NCBI GenBank assembly: GCA_037441705.1
Contig: JBBIRR010000053.1
Coordinates: 1-24,672 of the forward strand
Source: Ignavibacteriales bacterium
GTDB taxonomy: Bacteria > Bacteroidota > Ignavibacteria > UBA10030 > UBA6906
DNA: 24,672 nt
Reading direction: 5' to 3'
This document shows, piece by piece, positions 1 to 8,773 of the stretch. Position 1 is the stretch's first letter, and the number at the start of each line of letters is the position of its first letter. The notes under the pieces are model-generated. The model saw nothing but the letters and a program-made list of their open reading frames with translations, did no database searches and was not told where the DNA came from. Both the position numbers and the translations under genes were made by a program.

Positions 1-267
1 CCGAGGCTTTCTGCGACTGCCGTGGTGCAGGGCGATGAGGTGTTTGTGCCCCTGGAGGGCATCATCGACATTGAAGTGGAGAAGGCTCGACTGCGAAAGG
101 AGATCGAGCGTGTCTCGAGCCTGCTCAAGAGTGTTCAGGCCAAACTCTCCAACGAAAACTTCGTGGCTAAAGCGCCAAAAGAAGTTGTGGAGAAGGAGCA
201 AGAAAAACTGAACACATTTTCAGAAACGTTGGAAAAACTGCAGCGTAACTACGCAGCCCTGAGCTGA
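1..267 (+). CDS. valS: Valyl-tRNA synthetase, C-terminal coiled-coil arm (5'-truncated by window edge)
   Basis: Frame 1 is open from base 1 (PRLSATAVVQGDEVFVPLEGIIDIEVEKARLRKE...KLSNENFVAKAPKEVVEKE), the characteristic ValRS tRNA-binding arm; stop TGA at 265-267. Confidence 0.95.
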   Translation, partial: PRLSATAVVQGDEVFVPLEGIIDIEVEKARLRKEIERVSSLLKSVQAKLSNENFVAKAPKEVVEKEQEKLNTFSETLEKLQRNYAALS

Positions 268-296
268 CGCAGGAGCGGCATCGCAGCCGCTCCGCG
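268..296. terminator. GC-rich hairpin between convergent genes, possible terminator or mRNA 3' stabiliser
   Basis: GGAGCGGC (272-279), loop ATCGCA, GCCGCTCC (286-293), extendable by CGC/GCG across a 1-nt bulge. No U-tract on either strand. Confidence 0.45.
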
Positions 297-303
297 ATCG
301 TCG

Positions 304-1992
304 TCACTTGACAAGCATCATCCGCTTCGACTCCACCCGATCTCCCACGCGAAGTCGGTAGTAATACACGCCGCTGGCAAGCCCGCTTGCATCAAACGTC
401 CGCCGATGCGTTCCTGCGCTCAGCACTTCGTTCACGAGTGAAGCAACCTCGCGGCCGGTCACATCAAAAACGGTGAGCGTCGCCAATCCTCCTTCGTTCA
501 TCGTAAACGTAATCGTCGTCGCTGGATTGAACGGGTTGGGGTAGTTCTGCTCGAGACGGAACGCTGCAGCGCGCGCGTCTTCCCTGACATCGGTCGGCGT
601 TGTGCGTGTGACGACGATGCGATCGCTGAAGTGGCTGGTTCCGTCGAGGTCTACCTGGCGAAGGCGATAGTAATACGTTCCTGCAGGCGCAGCAGTATAG
701 GTCCACGCATAGTCCTGCGGTATCAGCGTCGTGCCGTGCCCCGGCACGAAACTGTCGGGCACATCTTCAAACACCGAACTCGTCGTATCCGCGCGCTGGA
801 GGTAAAAACCGTAGTTGTTCACTTCCGAAATCGTTCTCCACCGAAACTCCACTCCACCCCCCTGCGGAAGGACCGTTGCCGTGAAACTTGCGAGCTGCAC
901 CGGCAGCGGACCCTGAGCAAAGGTAATGGATGTCTTCGGATCGCCAACGACAACATCCATCCACGATACCAGCAGCGAAGCCATGAAGTAGCTCTCGGCC
1001 AGATTGTAGCCGGAGGTGTAGCGATCGTACAGGATGTATGCGTGCGCCATCGCGTTCGAGAACGGTTCATACACATACCCTTTTGCTCCGCTGACGCCTT
1101 CGGCGAGCAAATCTACAATCAGCGACTGGCCGTAGTGCGGCGGATTCTCGAACGAGCGTCCGGAGGTGGAAACATACGTTTCGGCGATTGCTCCGGGCGC
1201 GTACGTGTTGTACGGAATTGCATACTGCGTATAGAGATGTTGATAGTGGTCGTTACTGCCCCAACTCATGTAGCCCAGCAGGTTCTGTCTGTTGGTTAGA
1301 TACACGGACGTCGAATCGAGTGTGACGACTTTACCTTTGTTCACCAGCGTGTTACGTGCACGCGCCATATACGTATTGAGCGGCGAGGTCCAGGCCGGAT
1401 CCTGATCGAAGAGAAACGGCGCCGCCGGGTCCACAAGCACGTTGGGTCCGCTCCGGTCGATCAAAGCAATGACATCCTGAACCGTGTAGGCATCGAGCCG
1501 CGTGACGAGATAGATGCCGTACGCCGCACGCGAGAAACTTGTCGTCTGATAGAAATAGGGATTCATCTGGGGACCTGCGCCGCCGATATAAGAACTGTAA
1601 CTCCCCAGGATCAACATCAGCTCGCTTTCGACGGACGACGACGGCGACGTGGTGGAATAGGTAGAACCCCGATTCACTTTCAGCGGCACGCCCTTCGTGG
1701 TAACAAGATAGTTGATGCTGTTCTGCAAATTGTTTGCGACGAGGTGGTTTTCTATCTGTGCCCGCAATTGATTGAATTGCGTGCTATCAATCTCCTCGAC
1801 CGTGTCCGCTTGAACATAAATCATGTTCGCAGCGGGGATATTTCGCCTCAGCTTGAAGTAATTCCCGATCGTTTGCGACGCTGCGCTGTTGGTATTCACA
1901 ATCACCGCCACGTCATTGTACGACACCTGTCCCGCCGCTATCGCCGGAACGAGCAGACACCATACGACGGGAACGAACAGTATGCGTTTCAT
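304..1992 (-). CDS. Secreted TIGR03790-like protein with Ig-like linker domain and type IX secretion (T9SS type A) C-terminal sorting domain
   Basis: Start reassigned to ATG at 1992 (MKRILFVPVVWCLLVPAIAAG-Q signal peptide; GAGGTGAGGG upstream). Motifs VAVIVN..S..IGNYF..R.IP..N, YLVTRLDA, GAIAETYVSTS, GVSGAKGYVYEP and VVVGDP match my recollection of TIGR03790. These are followed by the PLPVQLASFTA...W.T.SE.NN.GF...YYYRLRQVDLDG domain and the T9SS tail FRLEQNYPNPFNP...LASGVYYYRL...KRMMLVK. Confidence 0.8.
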   Translation of the reverse strand: MKRILFVPVVWCLLVPAIAAGQVSYNDVAVIVNTNSAASQTIGNYFKLRRNIPAANMIYVQADTVEEIDSTQFNQLRAQIENHLVANNLQNSINYLVTTKGVPLKVNRGSTYSTTSPSSSVESELMLILGSYSSYIGGAGPQMNPYFYQTTSFSRAAYGIYLVTRLDAYTVQDVIALIDRSGPNVLVDPAAPFLFDQDPAWTSPLNTYMARARNTLVNKGKVVTLDSTSVYLTNRQNLLGYMSWGSNDHYQHLYTQYAIPYNTYAPGAIAETYVSTSGRSFENPPHYGQSLIVDLLAEGVSGAKGYVYEPFSNAMAHAYILYDRYTSGYNLAESYFMASLLVSWMDVVVGDPKTSITFAQGPLPVQLASFTATVLPQGGGVEFRWRTISEVNNYGFYLQRADTTSSVFEDVPDSFVPGHGTTLIPQDYAWTYTAAPAGTYYYRLRQVDLDGTSHFSDRIVVTRTTPTDVREDARAAAFRLEQNYPNPFNPATTITFTMNEGGLATLTVFDVTGREVASLVNEVLSAGTHRRTFDASGLASGVYYYRLRVGDRVESKRMMLVK

Positions 1993-2035
1993 GTCTTGAT
2001 CCCTCACCTCAAATGTTTTGTCTCTGACCTCTTTG

Positions 2036-2051
2036 TTCACCCCGTATGCCA
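2036..2051 (-). promoter_or_regulatory. Possible sigma54-type promoter for the T9SS cargo gene
   Basis: Minus strand reads TGGCATACGGGGTGAA: good -24 element (TGGCA), correct GG-N10 spacing, but GA rather than canonical GC at -12. Lies ~45 nt upstream of the ATG at 1992. Confidence 0.3.
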
Positions 2052-2195
2052 TGCGTGCCGTTCGTCGTACGACAAACGTCGTACACCGTAAACAAAAGGG
2101 ACTTCATGGGTTACAGGCGAATGATGGGTGAGAAGAATAGTGAGGAGAGAAATGGTAGGCGAGTTTGGAGTTACCACCGTGATGCAGAATTTGAT

Positions 2196-2210
2196 TTGTA
2201 GAAACTACAA
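2196..2210. promoter_or_regulatory. Perfect inverted repeat, candidate transcription factor binding site
   Basis: TTGTAG-AAA-CTACAA in an AT-rich patch of the divergent intergenic region. Confidence 0.4.
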
Positions 2211-2428
2211 TCCCGCGAGAACCGGACCACATGAAACTCCATGCGAAGTTCACAGCCGGTTGTGGCCTCCGCGTTCACACACACCGAACTCGTTCCGGAG
2301 TTCGACGTTCCTTCGCGCGTCGCAGGGTAATTCAATCTTGTGCAGGGGCGGCCAACCGGAAGCCGGATCCCGCCAGGAGTTCACGTCAGCAACGCATTCT
2401 CGTGCGCAGCATGTCCGAGAGGGTTGTA

Positions 2429-2457
2429 TTGCATGCACAAGCATTTTTTTACATATT
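2429..2457 (+). promoter_or_regulatory. Possible sigma70-type promoter of pilM-like gene
   Basis: TTGCAT-17 nt-CATATT, about 75 nt upstream of ATG 2532. Confidence 0.35.
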
Positions 2458-2531
2458 GAGCACGACATGGTAAGCATGACCTCTGCCTCGCCCTCTTGCG
2501 CACCCTGGCGAGGCTCTTTCATCTTTGTTCC

Positions 2532-3422
2532 ATGAGTAAGATCGTACTCGGACTCCACATCGCGGAGCACAGCTCCCAGGCACTGCTGCTTGAATCGGAT
2601 CGAGGCCGGTGGACGTTACACGCGGCCCTCGAGTGGCAGAGCGAGCTGTTCAAGCAGGCGGGAGACGACACACCGGGCGTGGATGATTTCGTTGAACGCT
2701 TATCCGCGTTTCTTTTCCAGCAGCACCTCGGAGTTCAGGAGGCTGCCGTCGCCCTCGATACCGCACGCCTCTTTGTGAATATCATTCCTGTTGACGTTGC
2801 AACCGAGAACGTGATTGAAGAACAGATCGCATGGGAGCTGAGTGAGTACTTCCCCGGCTCGCCCAAACAGGCTTTCATTTCCGACTATCATGTTCTGCCC
2901 AATGCGAACTCGCGCGAGTACAGCAACGTGCTCGCGGTATCGGTGCGACGCGATGTTGTGCAGAAGATCCAACGGGCGATGGGCCGGCTGAAGCTCCAAC
3001 TGGCCGGTGTCGACGGTGATCATTTTGCAGCGGAGACGGTTCTTCGAGCCGGCTATCCGGACACGAAAACAAAACTGGTTGGTCTGGCTGGCGTAAAAGC
3101 CGAACGCCTCGATATGAGTATTCTGCACAACTGGGATGTGGAGTCCTACAGCTACAGGCTCGTCACGCAGGACGAGAATATCGTTCAGGAGCTTGTCTTG
3201 TTCACCCAACGCCACAAGGAGCTGGAGTGTTTGATGGTGTTTGGAAAATCGTTGGACGAAGGGCTGATCGGAGAACTTCGGGCGGCGTTGCCGGTGCCGG
3301 TCGAAGTCCTGAACCCCTTCCGCACGGTCACGGTTGCCACAAAGCTCCGCCTCAACAACGATCTTACCGCGCGAGCGTTTCGGTATGCCGCAGCCGTCGG
3401 CATTGCGCTGCGCCAGAAGTGA
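2532..3422 (+). CDS. PilM-like actin-fold (type IV pilus assembly / FtsA-related) protein, orphan
   Basis: ATG at 2532 (MSKIVLGLHIA). PilM-type segments: EEQIAWELSEYFP, ISDYHVL, NVLAVSVRRDVV, LPVPVEVLNPF and C-terminal YAAAVGIALR. Confidence 0.7.
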   Translation: MSKIVLGLHIAEHSSQALLLESDRGRWTLHAALEWQSELFKQAGDDTPGVDDFVERLSAFLFQQHLGVQEAAVALDTARLFVNIIPVDVATENVIEEQIAWELSEYFPGSPKQAFISDYHVLPNANSREYSNVLAVSVRRDVVQKIQRAMGRLKLQLAGVDGDHFAAETVLRAGYPDTKTKLVGLAGVKAERLDMSILHNWDVESYSYRLVTQDENIVQELVLFTQRHKELECLMVFGKSLDEGLIGELRAALPVPVEVLNPFRTVTVATKLRLNNDLTARAFRYAAAVGIALRQK

Positions 3423-3473
3423 CCTTGCCCATCAGTGGAAAATCCCAACCGAATTCTCTACCTTATTGCTGCA

Positions 3474-4028
3474 ATGCGTGTCATCAGCGGAATGTACAGA
3501 GGACGAATCCTTACGACGGTCAAGAATCTCTCGGTTCGTCCTGCCACCGACCGCGTGAAGCAGACGATATTCGATGTTCTCAGCAACAGAATTGACCTCG
3601 AAGGAACCCACGTGCTGGATCTGTTCGCGGGCAGCGGGAGCCTTGGCATCGAGGCGCTGAGTCGGGGGGCCGCACACGCAACATTCGTGGAAAGCGACCG
3701 CGAAGCGGTTCGTTCCATCGAGAAGAATCTTAAGACACTTGCGTGCGAAGACCGTGCAGACGTGCTGCAGGAAGATGCCCTCTGGTTTGTTCGCGGATGC
3801 CAGGAATCCTTCGATGTGATCTTTGCCGATCCGCCGTATGCGTTCGAGGCTACGCTGACGATTCCGGAGCTGATCTTTCGCACCGGGGTACTGAAGCCGC
3901 ACGGATACCTACTCATTGAGCATACGCGGCAGAAGCAGTTCGCTTCCACGGAGGAATATGAAACCGGGCCGACCAAAAAGTTCGGTCGCACTGTTGTAAC
4001 GTTCTTTCGGCATAACCAGAAAGCGTAG
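3474..4028 (+). CDS. rsmD: 16S rRNA (guanine966-N2)-methyltransferase
   Basis: MRVISGMYRGRIL, VRPATDRVKQTIF, VLDLFAGSGSLGIEALSRGA and FADPPY motifs; classic adjacency to coaD. ATG at 3474 preferred over GTG 3435. Confidence 0.95.
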   Translation: MRVISGMYRGRILTTVKNLSVRPATDRVKQTIFDVLSNRIDLEGTHVLDLFAGSGSLGIEALSRGAAHATFVESDREAVRSIEKNLKTLACEDRADVLQEDALWFVRGCQESFDVIFADPPYAFEATLTIPELIFRTGVLKPHGYLLIEHTRQKQFASTEEYETGPTKKFGRTVVTFFRHNQKA

Positions 4029-4035
4029 CGTGCAC

Positions 4036-4536
4036 ATGGCCAAGAAACCGATTGCCGTTTATCCCGGCACGTTCGATCCGATTACAAACGGACACATTGA
4101 TGTGGTACAGCGGGCAACCGAGTTGTTCCCGAAAGTGATTGTACTGGTGGCCCGCAATCCGGCCAAGACGCCGATGTTTTCGGATGAGGAGCGGGTGGAA
4201 ATGATCAAGGAGATCTTCCGCCATAACAAACGCGTCAGCGTTGATGTGTTCGATGGGCTGCTAGTCGACTATGCACGGAAACATCGTGCAAGCGTTCTTG
4301 TGCGGGGGTTGCGCGCCGTATCGGACTTTGAGTACGAGTTCCAGATGGCGCTCACCAATCGCAAGCTCGATTCCGGCATTGATACGGTGTTTCTCATGCC
4401 TCATGCACGCTACACCTACCTGAACTCGTCCATCGTGCGCGAGGTTGCCCGCTTCGGAGGCGACGTGTCGGCGTTCGTTCCAAATAATGTCCGCCGTCGT
4501 TTACTGGAGAAGGTGAAAGCGAGCAAAGCACGATAG
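4036..4536 (+). CDS. coaD: Pantetheine-phosphate adenylyltransferase
   Basis: AVYPGTFDPITNGHID, RGLRAVSDFEYEFQMA and NSSIVREVA motifs. Confidence 0.97.
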   Translation: MAKKPIAVYPGTFDPITNGHIDVVQRATELFPKVIVLVARNPAKTPMFSDEERVEMIKEIFRHNKRVSVDVFDGLLVDYARKHRASVLVRGLRAVSDFEYEFQMALTNRKLDSGIDTVFLMPHARYTYLNSSIVREVARFGGDVSAFVPNNVRRRLLEKVKASKAR

Positions 4537-4541
4537 GAGTT

Positions 4542-5735
4542 ATGCCCACCCTTTCGACCAAGCTGCGCACCATCGAGGAGTCCCAGACGCTGCGGCTTGC
4601 AGCAATAGCCCGCCGGATGAAAGCCGACGGCCTCGATGTGGCCGATCTCACCGCAGGAGAACCGGATTTTCCGACACCGCGCCATGTGAAGGAGGCGGCA
4701 ATCAAAGCGATCGAAGCAAACTTCACCAAGTACACTCCCAACACCGGGACACCCGAATTGATCGACGCCATCATCCGCAAATTCTCCACCGACAACGATC
4801 TTCACTTCGAGCGCGATCAAATTGTCGTCTCCGCCGGGGCGAAGCAATCCATCTTTAACGTGCTGCAGGCAATCTGCAACAAGGGCGACGAGGTTGTTTT
4901 GTTCAGCCCGTACTGGGTCAGCTATCCCGAAATGGTCAAGATGGCGGATGCGAAGCCGGTGATTGTGCCGACCCGGATCGAAGACGGCTTCCGGCCGAAC
5001 ATCCGCAAGCTGCGGCAGGCCATCAACGCAAAGACCAAAGCGCTGATCCTTAACTCGCCCTCGAACCCGACCGGTGTTACATTCACGCGCAGCGAGCTGG
5101 AGGACATTGGCGAAGTTGTTCGCCAAACAGGCATTTTTGTGATCAGCGATGAGATTTACGAAAAGGTGACATACGATGGGCACAAGCCCTTCAGCATCGG
5201 CTCGATCCGATCGCTCCGCGATCTGGTCATCACCGTGAACGGAGTGTCGAAGGCCTACTCCATGACGGGCTGGAGAATCGGCTATGCAGGCGGCCCGCGC
5301 GCGGTGATGGAGGCTGCTGCGAAAGTCCAGAGTCAGGTAACCTCCGGCGCAAACTCGATTGCTCAGAAAGCTACGCTTGCCGCGCTGACCGGACCTTCGA
5401 GTGACATCTATTCGATGGTGGACGAGTTCGCGCGGCGGCGCGATTTCGTGCACGGCAAGCTTTCCCGAGTGCCGCACGTGACCGTGCCGCTCCCCGGCGG
5501 TGCCTTCTACGTCTTCTTCGACGTCAGCAAGTACTACGGCCGACAGTTCAAGGGCCGGCGCATTCTCGGTTCGACAGCAATGGCAACGTATTTGTTGGAG
5601 AAGCACCACGTTGCCCTGGTCCCCGGGGAGGCCTTCGGTGAAGACGCGTGCCTGCGCGCTTCATATGCCTGTTCGATGAGCGAACTGGAAGCGGGAGTGG
5701 AGAGGATTGCACGAGGGCTTGAAGCTCTCGACTGA
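4542..5735 (+). CDS. aspC: PLP-dependent class I/II aminotransferase (aspartate aminotransferase subgroup Ib)
   Basis: GEPDFPTP, GAKQ, PYWVSY, NSPSNPTG, SDEIYE and SKAYSMTGWRIGY (PLP lysine). RBS AGGAG upstream. Exact substrate is inferred. Confidence 0.88.
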   Translation: MPTLSTKLRTIEESQTLRLAAIARRMKADGLDVADLTAGEPDFPTPRHVKEAAIKAIEANFTKYTPNTGTPELIDAIIRKFSTDNDLHFERDQIVVSAGAKQSIFNVLQAICNKGDEVVLFSPYWVSYPEMVKMADAKPVIVPTRIEDGFRPNIRKLRQAINAKTKALILNSPSNPTGVTFTRSELEDIGEVVRQTGIFVISDEIYEKVTYDGHKPFSIGSIRSLRDLVITVNGVSKAYSMTGWRIGYAGGPRAVMEAAAKVQSQVTSGANSIAQKATLAALTGPSSDIYSMVDEFARRRDFVHGKLSRVPHVTVPLPGGAFYVFFDVSKYYGRQFKGRRILGSTAMATYLLEKHHVALVPGEAFGEDACLRASYACSMSELEAGVERIARGLEALD

Positions 5736-5766
5736 AGACGATGTTCAACAAGCGAGGAACGAAACC

Positions 5767-6051
5767 ATGCCCACATACCAATATGTGTGCAAGAACTGCA
5801 ACAACGAACTCGAAGAACTACAGTCCATCAACGACCCACCACTGGTCAGGTGCCCCCAATGCGGAACCGGCAGTCTTGCACGGGTCGTCGGCTCGGGCGC
5901 AGGACTGATTTTCAAAGGAAGCGGATTCTATCTTACCGACTACGTCAAGAGTGAGGCTAAGAAATCAGCTTCCTCCGATACGAAGAAGGAGGAAACGGGA
6001 AAGGAAGGAAAAAAGAAGGAGACGGCGAGCAGTCCGGACAAAAAACCCTGA
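5767..6051 (+). CDS. FmdB-family zinc-ribbon protein with low-complexity charged tail
   Basis: MPTYQYVCKNC...CPQCG...LIFKGSGFYLTDY signature; ATG at 5767 after GAGGA. Confidence 0.9.
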   Translation: MPTYQYVCKNCNNELEELQSINDPPLVRCPQCGTGSLARVVGSGAGLIFKGSGFYLTDYVKSEAKKSASSDTKKEETGKEGKKKETASSPDKKP

Positions 6052-6081
6052 CGTCGATAAACTCCTGCCGGCGTCTGTGTA

Positions 6082-6121
6082 CAAAAAGAGAAAGTCCCAT
6101 TGCCACCGGGCAATGGGACTT
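6082..6121 (-). terminator. Intrinsic terminator of the minus-strand transcript
   Basis: 13-bp perfect stem AAGTCCCATTGCC (6092-6104) / GGCAATGGGACTT (6109-6121) with a 4-nt loop, followed on the minus strand by TCTCTTTTTG; 20 nt past the stop at 6142. Confidence 0.85.
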
Positions 6122-6141
6122 CAAGGCAAACGACGCTGCGC

Positions 6142-6609
6142 CTACTTGTGGTCGTGATCGTGCTTGTGTTCTTCTTTCTTCGCAGGCTTCTTCATTTCGT
6201 CGGTGGCCATCTTTGATTCAACGAGCGAGGCAACGACAAATTTCTCTCCGCTCATCTCGCCCGTGACATCCGCCATGAGATCCTTGTCCTTTTTGCTGCT
6301 CTCGATCATGGCCTTCGCGAGTTTGTCGCCGTTCTCGTCGAATTTCACCCACTTGCCGTTCTCATAAAAGAGACCGAAACCGCTGGCGGCACATGCCTCT
6401 TCGAGCGCACACTCCTTGGTGTGTTTTGCGGCCAGCTCCATGGGGTTGGACTTCTTCGCCATGTTCTTGGCGCACATTTGGTCAACAACATACCCGTGCA
6501 GCATCGTACCTTTTGCCTTTGCCTCCGCTTTGGGAGCCTCGGCCTTTTTCTCTTGCGCAAAGAGCGCCGACGATGCGAGTATGAGGAAAGCGACTGCGAG
6601 GTGTTTCAT
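6142..6609 (-). CDS. Uncharacterised secreted small protein with Cys/His motif and His-rich tail
   Basis: ATG at 6609 with strong RBS AAGGAGG. Signal peptide MKHLAVAFLILASSALFA-Q; motif GYVVDQMC...HTKECALEEACAASGFGL; C-terminus EEHKHDHDHK. A TATAAT lies at 6641-6646 on the minus strand. Confidence 0.8.
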   Translation of the reverse strand: MKHLAVAFLILASSALFAQEKKAEAPKAEAKAKGTMLHGYVVDQMCAKNMAKKSNPMELAAKHTKECALEEACAASGFGLFYENGKWVKFDENGDKLAKAMIESSKKDKDLMADVTGEMSGEKFVVASLVESKMATDEMKKPAKKEEHKHDHDHK

Positions 6610-6704
6610 AGGGGATCCTCCTTTGTGTGTTGTTTGATGGATTATAATGTCAGGAACGCTACCGCTTTGTTGAACGCTCAGACCCCTGCAAAGAGTTCCG
6701 AACC

Positions 6705-7469
6705 TCACCGGTAACGATCGAGCTTAAATTTCTCGCCGAGATAGAGTTTGCGGGCCTCGGGGTCGTTGGCCAACATCTCCGCCGTTCCCGCCATCAAAAT
6801 CTTTCCTTCAAACAACAAATAGGCCCGATCGGTAATGGAGAGTGTCTCGTGCACGTTGTGGTCGGTGACGAGCACGCCGATGCCGCGCTCCTTGAGGTGC
6901 GCGACAATGCGCATAATGTCTTCAACGGCGATCGGGTCGATGCCGGCAAACGGTTCATCGAGAAGAATAAACTTCGGGTCAGAAGCCAATGCGCGCGCAA
7001 TCTCTGTCCGCCTGCGCTCGCCGCCGGAGAGCATGTAGCCCTTGCTGCGTGCAATATGGGTGATGCTGAAATCGTGCATCAGTTCTTCGCACCGCATGCG
7101 TCGCTCGGCACTGCTCATCTCCCGTGTCTCCAGCACCGCCAGAATGTTCTCCTCCACCGTCATCTTGCGGAAGACCGACGCCTCCTGCGGCAGGTAGCCC
7201 AATCCCATGCGTGCACGTTTGTACATCGCCAGATGGGTCAGCTCCGTGTCGTCGAGAAACACGCGGCCGCCGTCGGGACGAATCATGCCGATGGTCATGT
7301 AGAACGTTGTGGTCTTGCCGGCACCGTTGGGCCCGAGCAGGCCCACGACCTCGCCCTGTTTGACCTCGATGCTTACGTTGTTGACGACGACGCGCTTCTT
7401 GTATGCCTTCAAGAGATTCTCCGCGCGCAGAGTCATCACCGGCGTTTGTGTGTTCGCTTCTTGTGTCAT
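6705..7469 (-). CDS. lptB: LPS export ABC transporter ATP-binding protein
   Basis: [26 protein letters not shown], LptB-specific [26 protein letters not shown] and TDHNV motifs. Confidence 0.97.
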   Translation of the reverse strand: MTQEANTQTPVMTLRAENLLKAYKKRVVVNNVSIEVKQGEVVGLLGPNGAGKTTTFYMTIGMIRPDGGRVFLDDTELTHLAMYKRARMGLGYLPQEASVFRKMTVEENILAVLETREMSSAERRMRCEELMHDFSITHIARSKGYMLSGGERRRTEIARALASDPKFILLDEPFAGIDPIAVEDIMRIVAHLKERGIGVLVTDHNVHETLSITDRAYLLFEGKILMAGTAEMLANDPEARKLYLGEKFKLDRYR

Positions 7470-8773
7470 CGTCCCGTCGAAAGAGTTTGCCGAACGTCGT
7501 TCCGTCCAAAATCCGAGGGGCGCTTTTGCGGCCTATCGGTTCGCCACCGAAATCCCGGTAACGCATACTCCATCTCCTTCCCCGCGAGCAGGTTCTCGGG
7601 TACGTACGTGCCCTCGACGCCGCCGAAGATCTTGATGGTGCTCAGTTTCTTCTCCGCCCACTCCATCACAATACGATCGCCGCTGGTTTTGTTCAACCCG
7701 TTCGCGACGGTATCTTCATAGAGATGATACAGCGAAATCGCGCGTGTGTTCACTTCCATCCGTTCCATGCCATTCTCGCCAAAGAACATCTTCATCTCCT
7801 CGCCGGTCAGCTGATCGAATTTTTCGGAGCGCAGTGTGTCGCTTTGCGAGGCGGCGAACGCGTTGCCCATCACGTGCACGACGTCAAGCTTTCTTTTCTT
7901 CAGATAGACGTTAATGGAATCGCCCCACACCTGCGTACGCTCATACCACACCACGGGCGAGGAGCGCAGATGAATGCTGTCCCCCTGCGTATAGAACCGC
8001 GCGACTCCCGCCACCGATGCTAAGTCGGAACGGATAATCTCCACGCTATCGCTCGCAACCAACCGCTTCAGTGTGTCGCCGCGAAACGCCTCCATCACTT
8101 TGCTGCGAACAACCAGCGTGTCGATTCTGAAAGGATTCGTGGAGGTATCAAATTGTACCAACACCGGATTGACCGTCATGCGGCTGTAATCGTTCTTCCG
8201 GAAGGAATGAAACTCCCCTCCCCGAATCGTGAGGTGGTCGGGGAAGCTTTCAATCTGAACGTTGCTGCGCGCGATGGTAAGTTCCTCGGTACGGAAATAG
8301 GTGAGCGAGTCAGCCTCCAGCCTCGAATCCCTATCGCGTGCCACGACTCTTGTCCGAAAGAATGCCTTCCGAGGCTCAACATAATATTCACCGTAGCGAG
8401 CCGTCAGCACCACGTGGCCGTCGTCCAGGCGAACGCTATCGTATGCGACGGCGATCCGGTTTTCACGCAGGTACATGCCGCGCGGGAAGGTCATCGTCAG
8501 GCTATCTTCTACGATCACGACGTTGCCCTCAAGCTGTACGTTACCGGTCTGAAGAAACTGGATGGCCCGATTGCAGCTGACGCGTACGCGATCCTGCGTG
8601 AAGCGAACGTTGCCGATCAATTCCCGCGCCTCCTCTCCTTCAATTGTGCGGGCGACAAGACTATCGGCATTCTCGATGACGATGAGCTTTCCGGTCTGGC
8701 CCCTCCCAATATCAACTCTCAGAAGCGCTGCGGCAAGGACAGCGACAGGTACAGCCCAGACGGACGTCCTCAT
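7466..8773 (-). CDS. Long OstA-like (LptA-type, multi beta-jellyroll) periplasmic LPS transport protein
   Basis: Signal peptide; repeated beta-rich units ([55 protein letters not shown]); sits between lptC and lptB with 4-nt overlaps on both sides. Confidence 0.82.
   Translation of the reverse strand: MRTSVWAVPVAVLAAALLRVDIGRGQTGKLIVIENADSLVARTIEGEEARELIGNVRFTQDRVRVSCNRAIQFLQTGNVQLEGNVVIVEDSLTMTFPRGMYLRENRIAVAYDSVRLDDGHVVLTARYGEYYVEPRKAFFRTRVVARDRDSRLEADSLTYFRTEELTIARSNVQIESFPDHLTIRGGEFHSFRKNDYSRMTVNPVLVQFDTSTNPFRIDTLVVRSKVMEAFRGDTLKRLVASDSVEIIRSDLASVAGVARFYTQGDSIHLRSSPVVWYERTQVWGDSINVYLKKRKLDVVHVMGNAFAASQSDTLRSEKFDQLTGEEMKMFFGENGMERMEVNTRAISLYHLYEDTVANGLNKTSGDRIVMEWAEKKLSTIKIFGGVEGTYVPENLLAGKEMEYALPGFRWRTDRPQKRPSDFGRNDVRQTLSTGR

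Noticed and set aside
2044-2060. CGGCACG on the minus strand as a sigma54 -24 element
   Set aside because: The following GC is 8 nt rather than 10 nt from the GG, so the spacing is wrong; the overlapping TGGCATA element fits better.
1993-2531. Riboswitch (c-di-GMP, cobalamin, TPP), tRNA or CRISPR array in the intergenic region
   Set aside because: I found no conserved core motifs, cloverleaf or regularly spaced repeats by eye; an Rfam scan would be decisive.
2128-2570. Short ORFs (135, 80 and 106 aa) in the long intergenic region
   Set aside because: Mutually overlapping, atypical Arg/Ser/Cys-rich composition and no family motifs. A small peptide cannot be fully excluded without ribosome profiling.
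4416-5609. 397-aa minus-strand ORF antisense to the aminotransferase
   Set aside because: Shadow ORF from codon bias; the plus-strand gene carries all family motifs.
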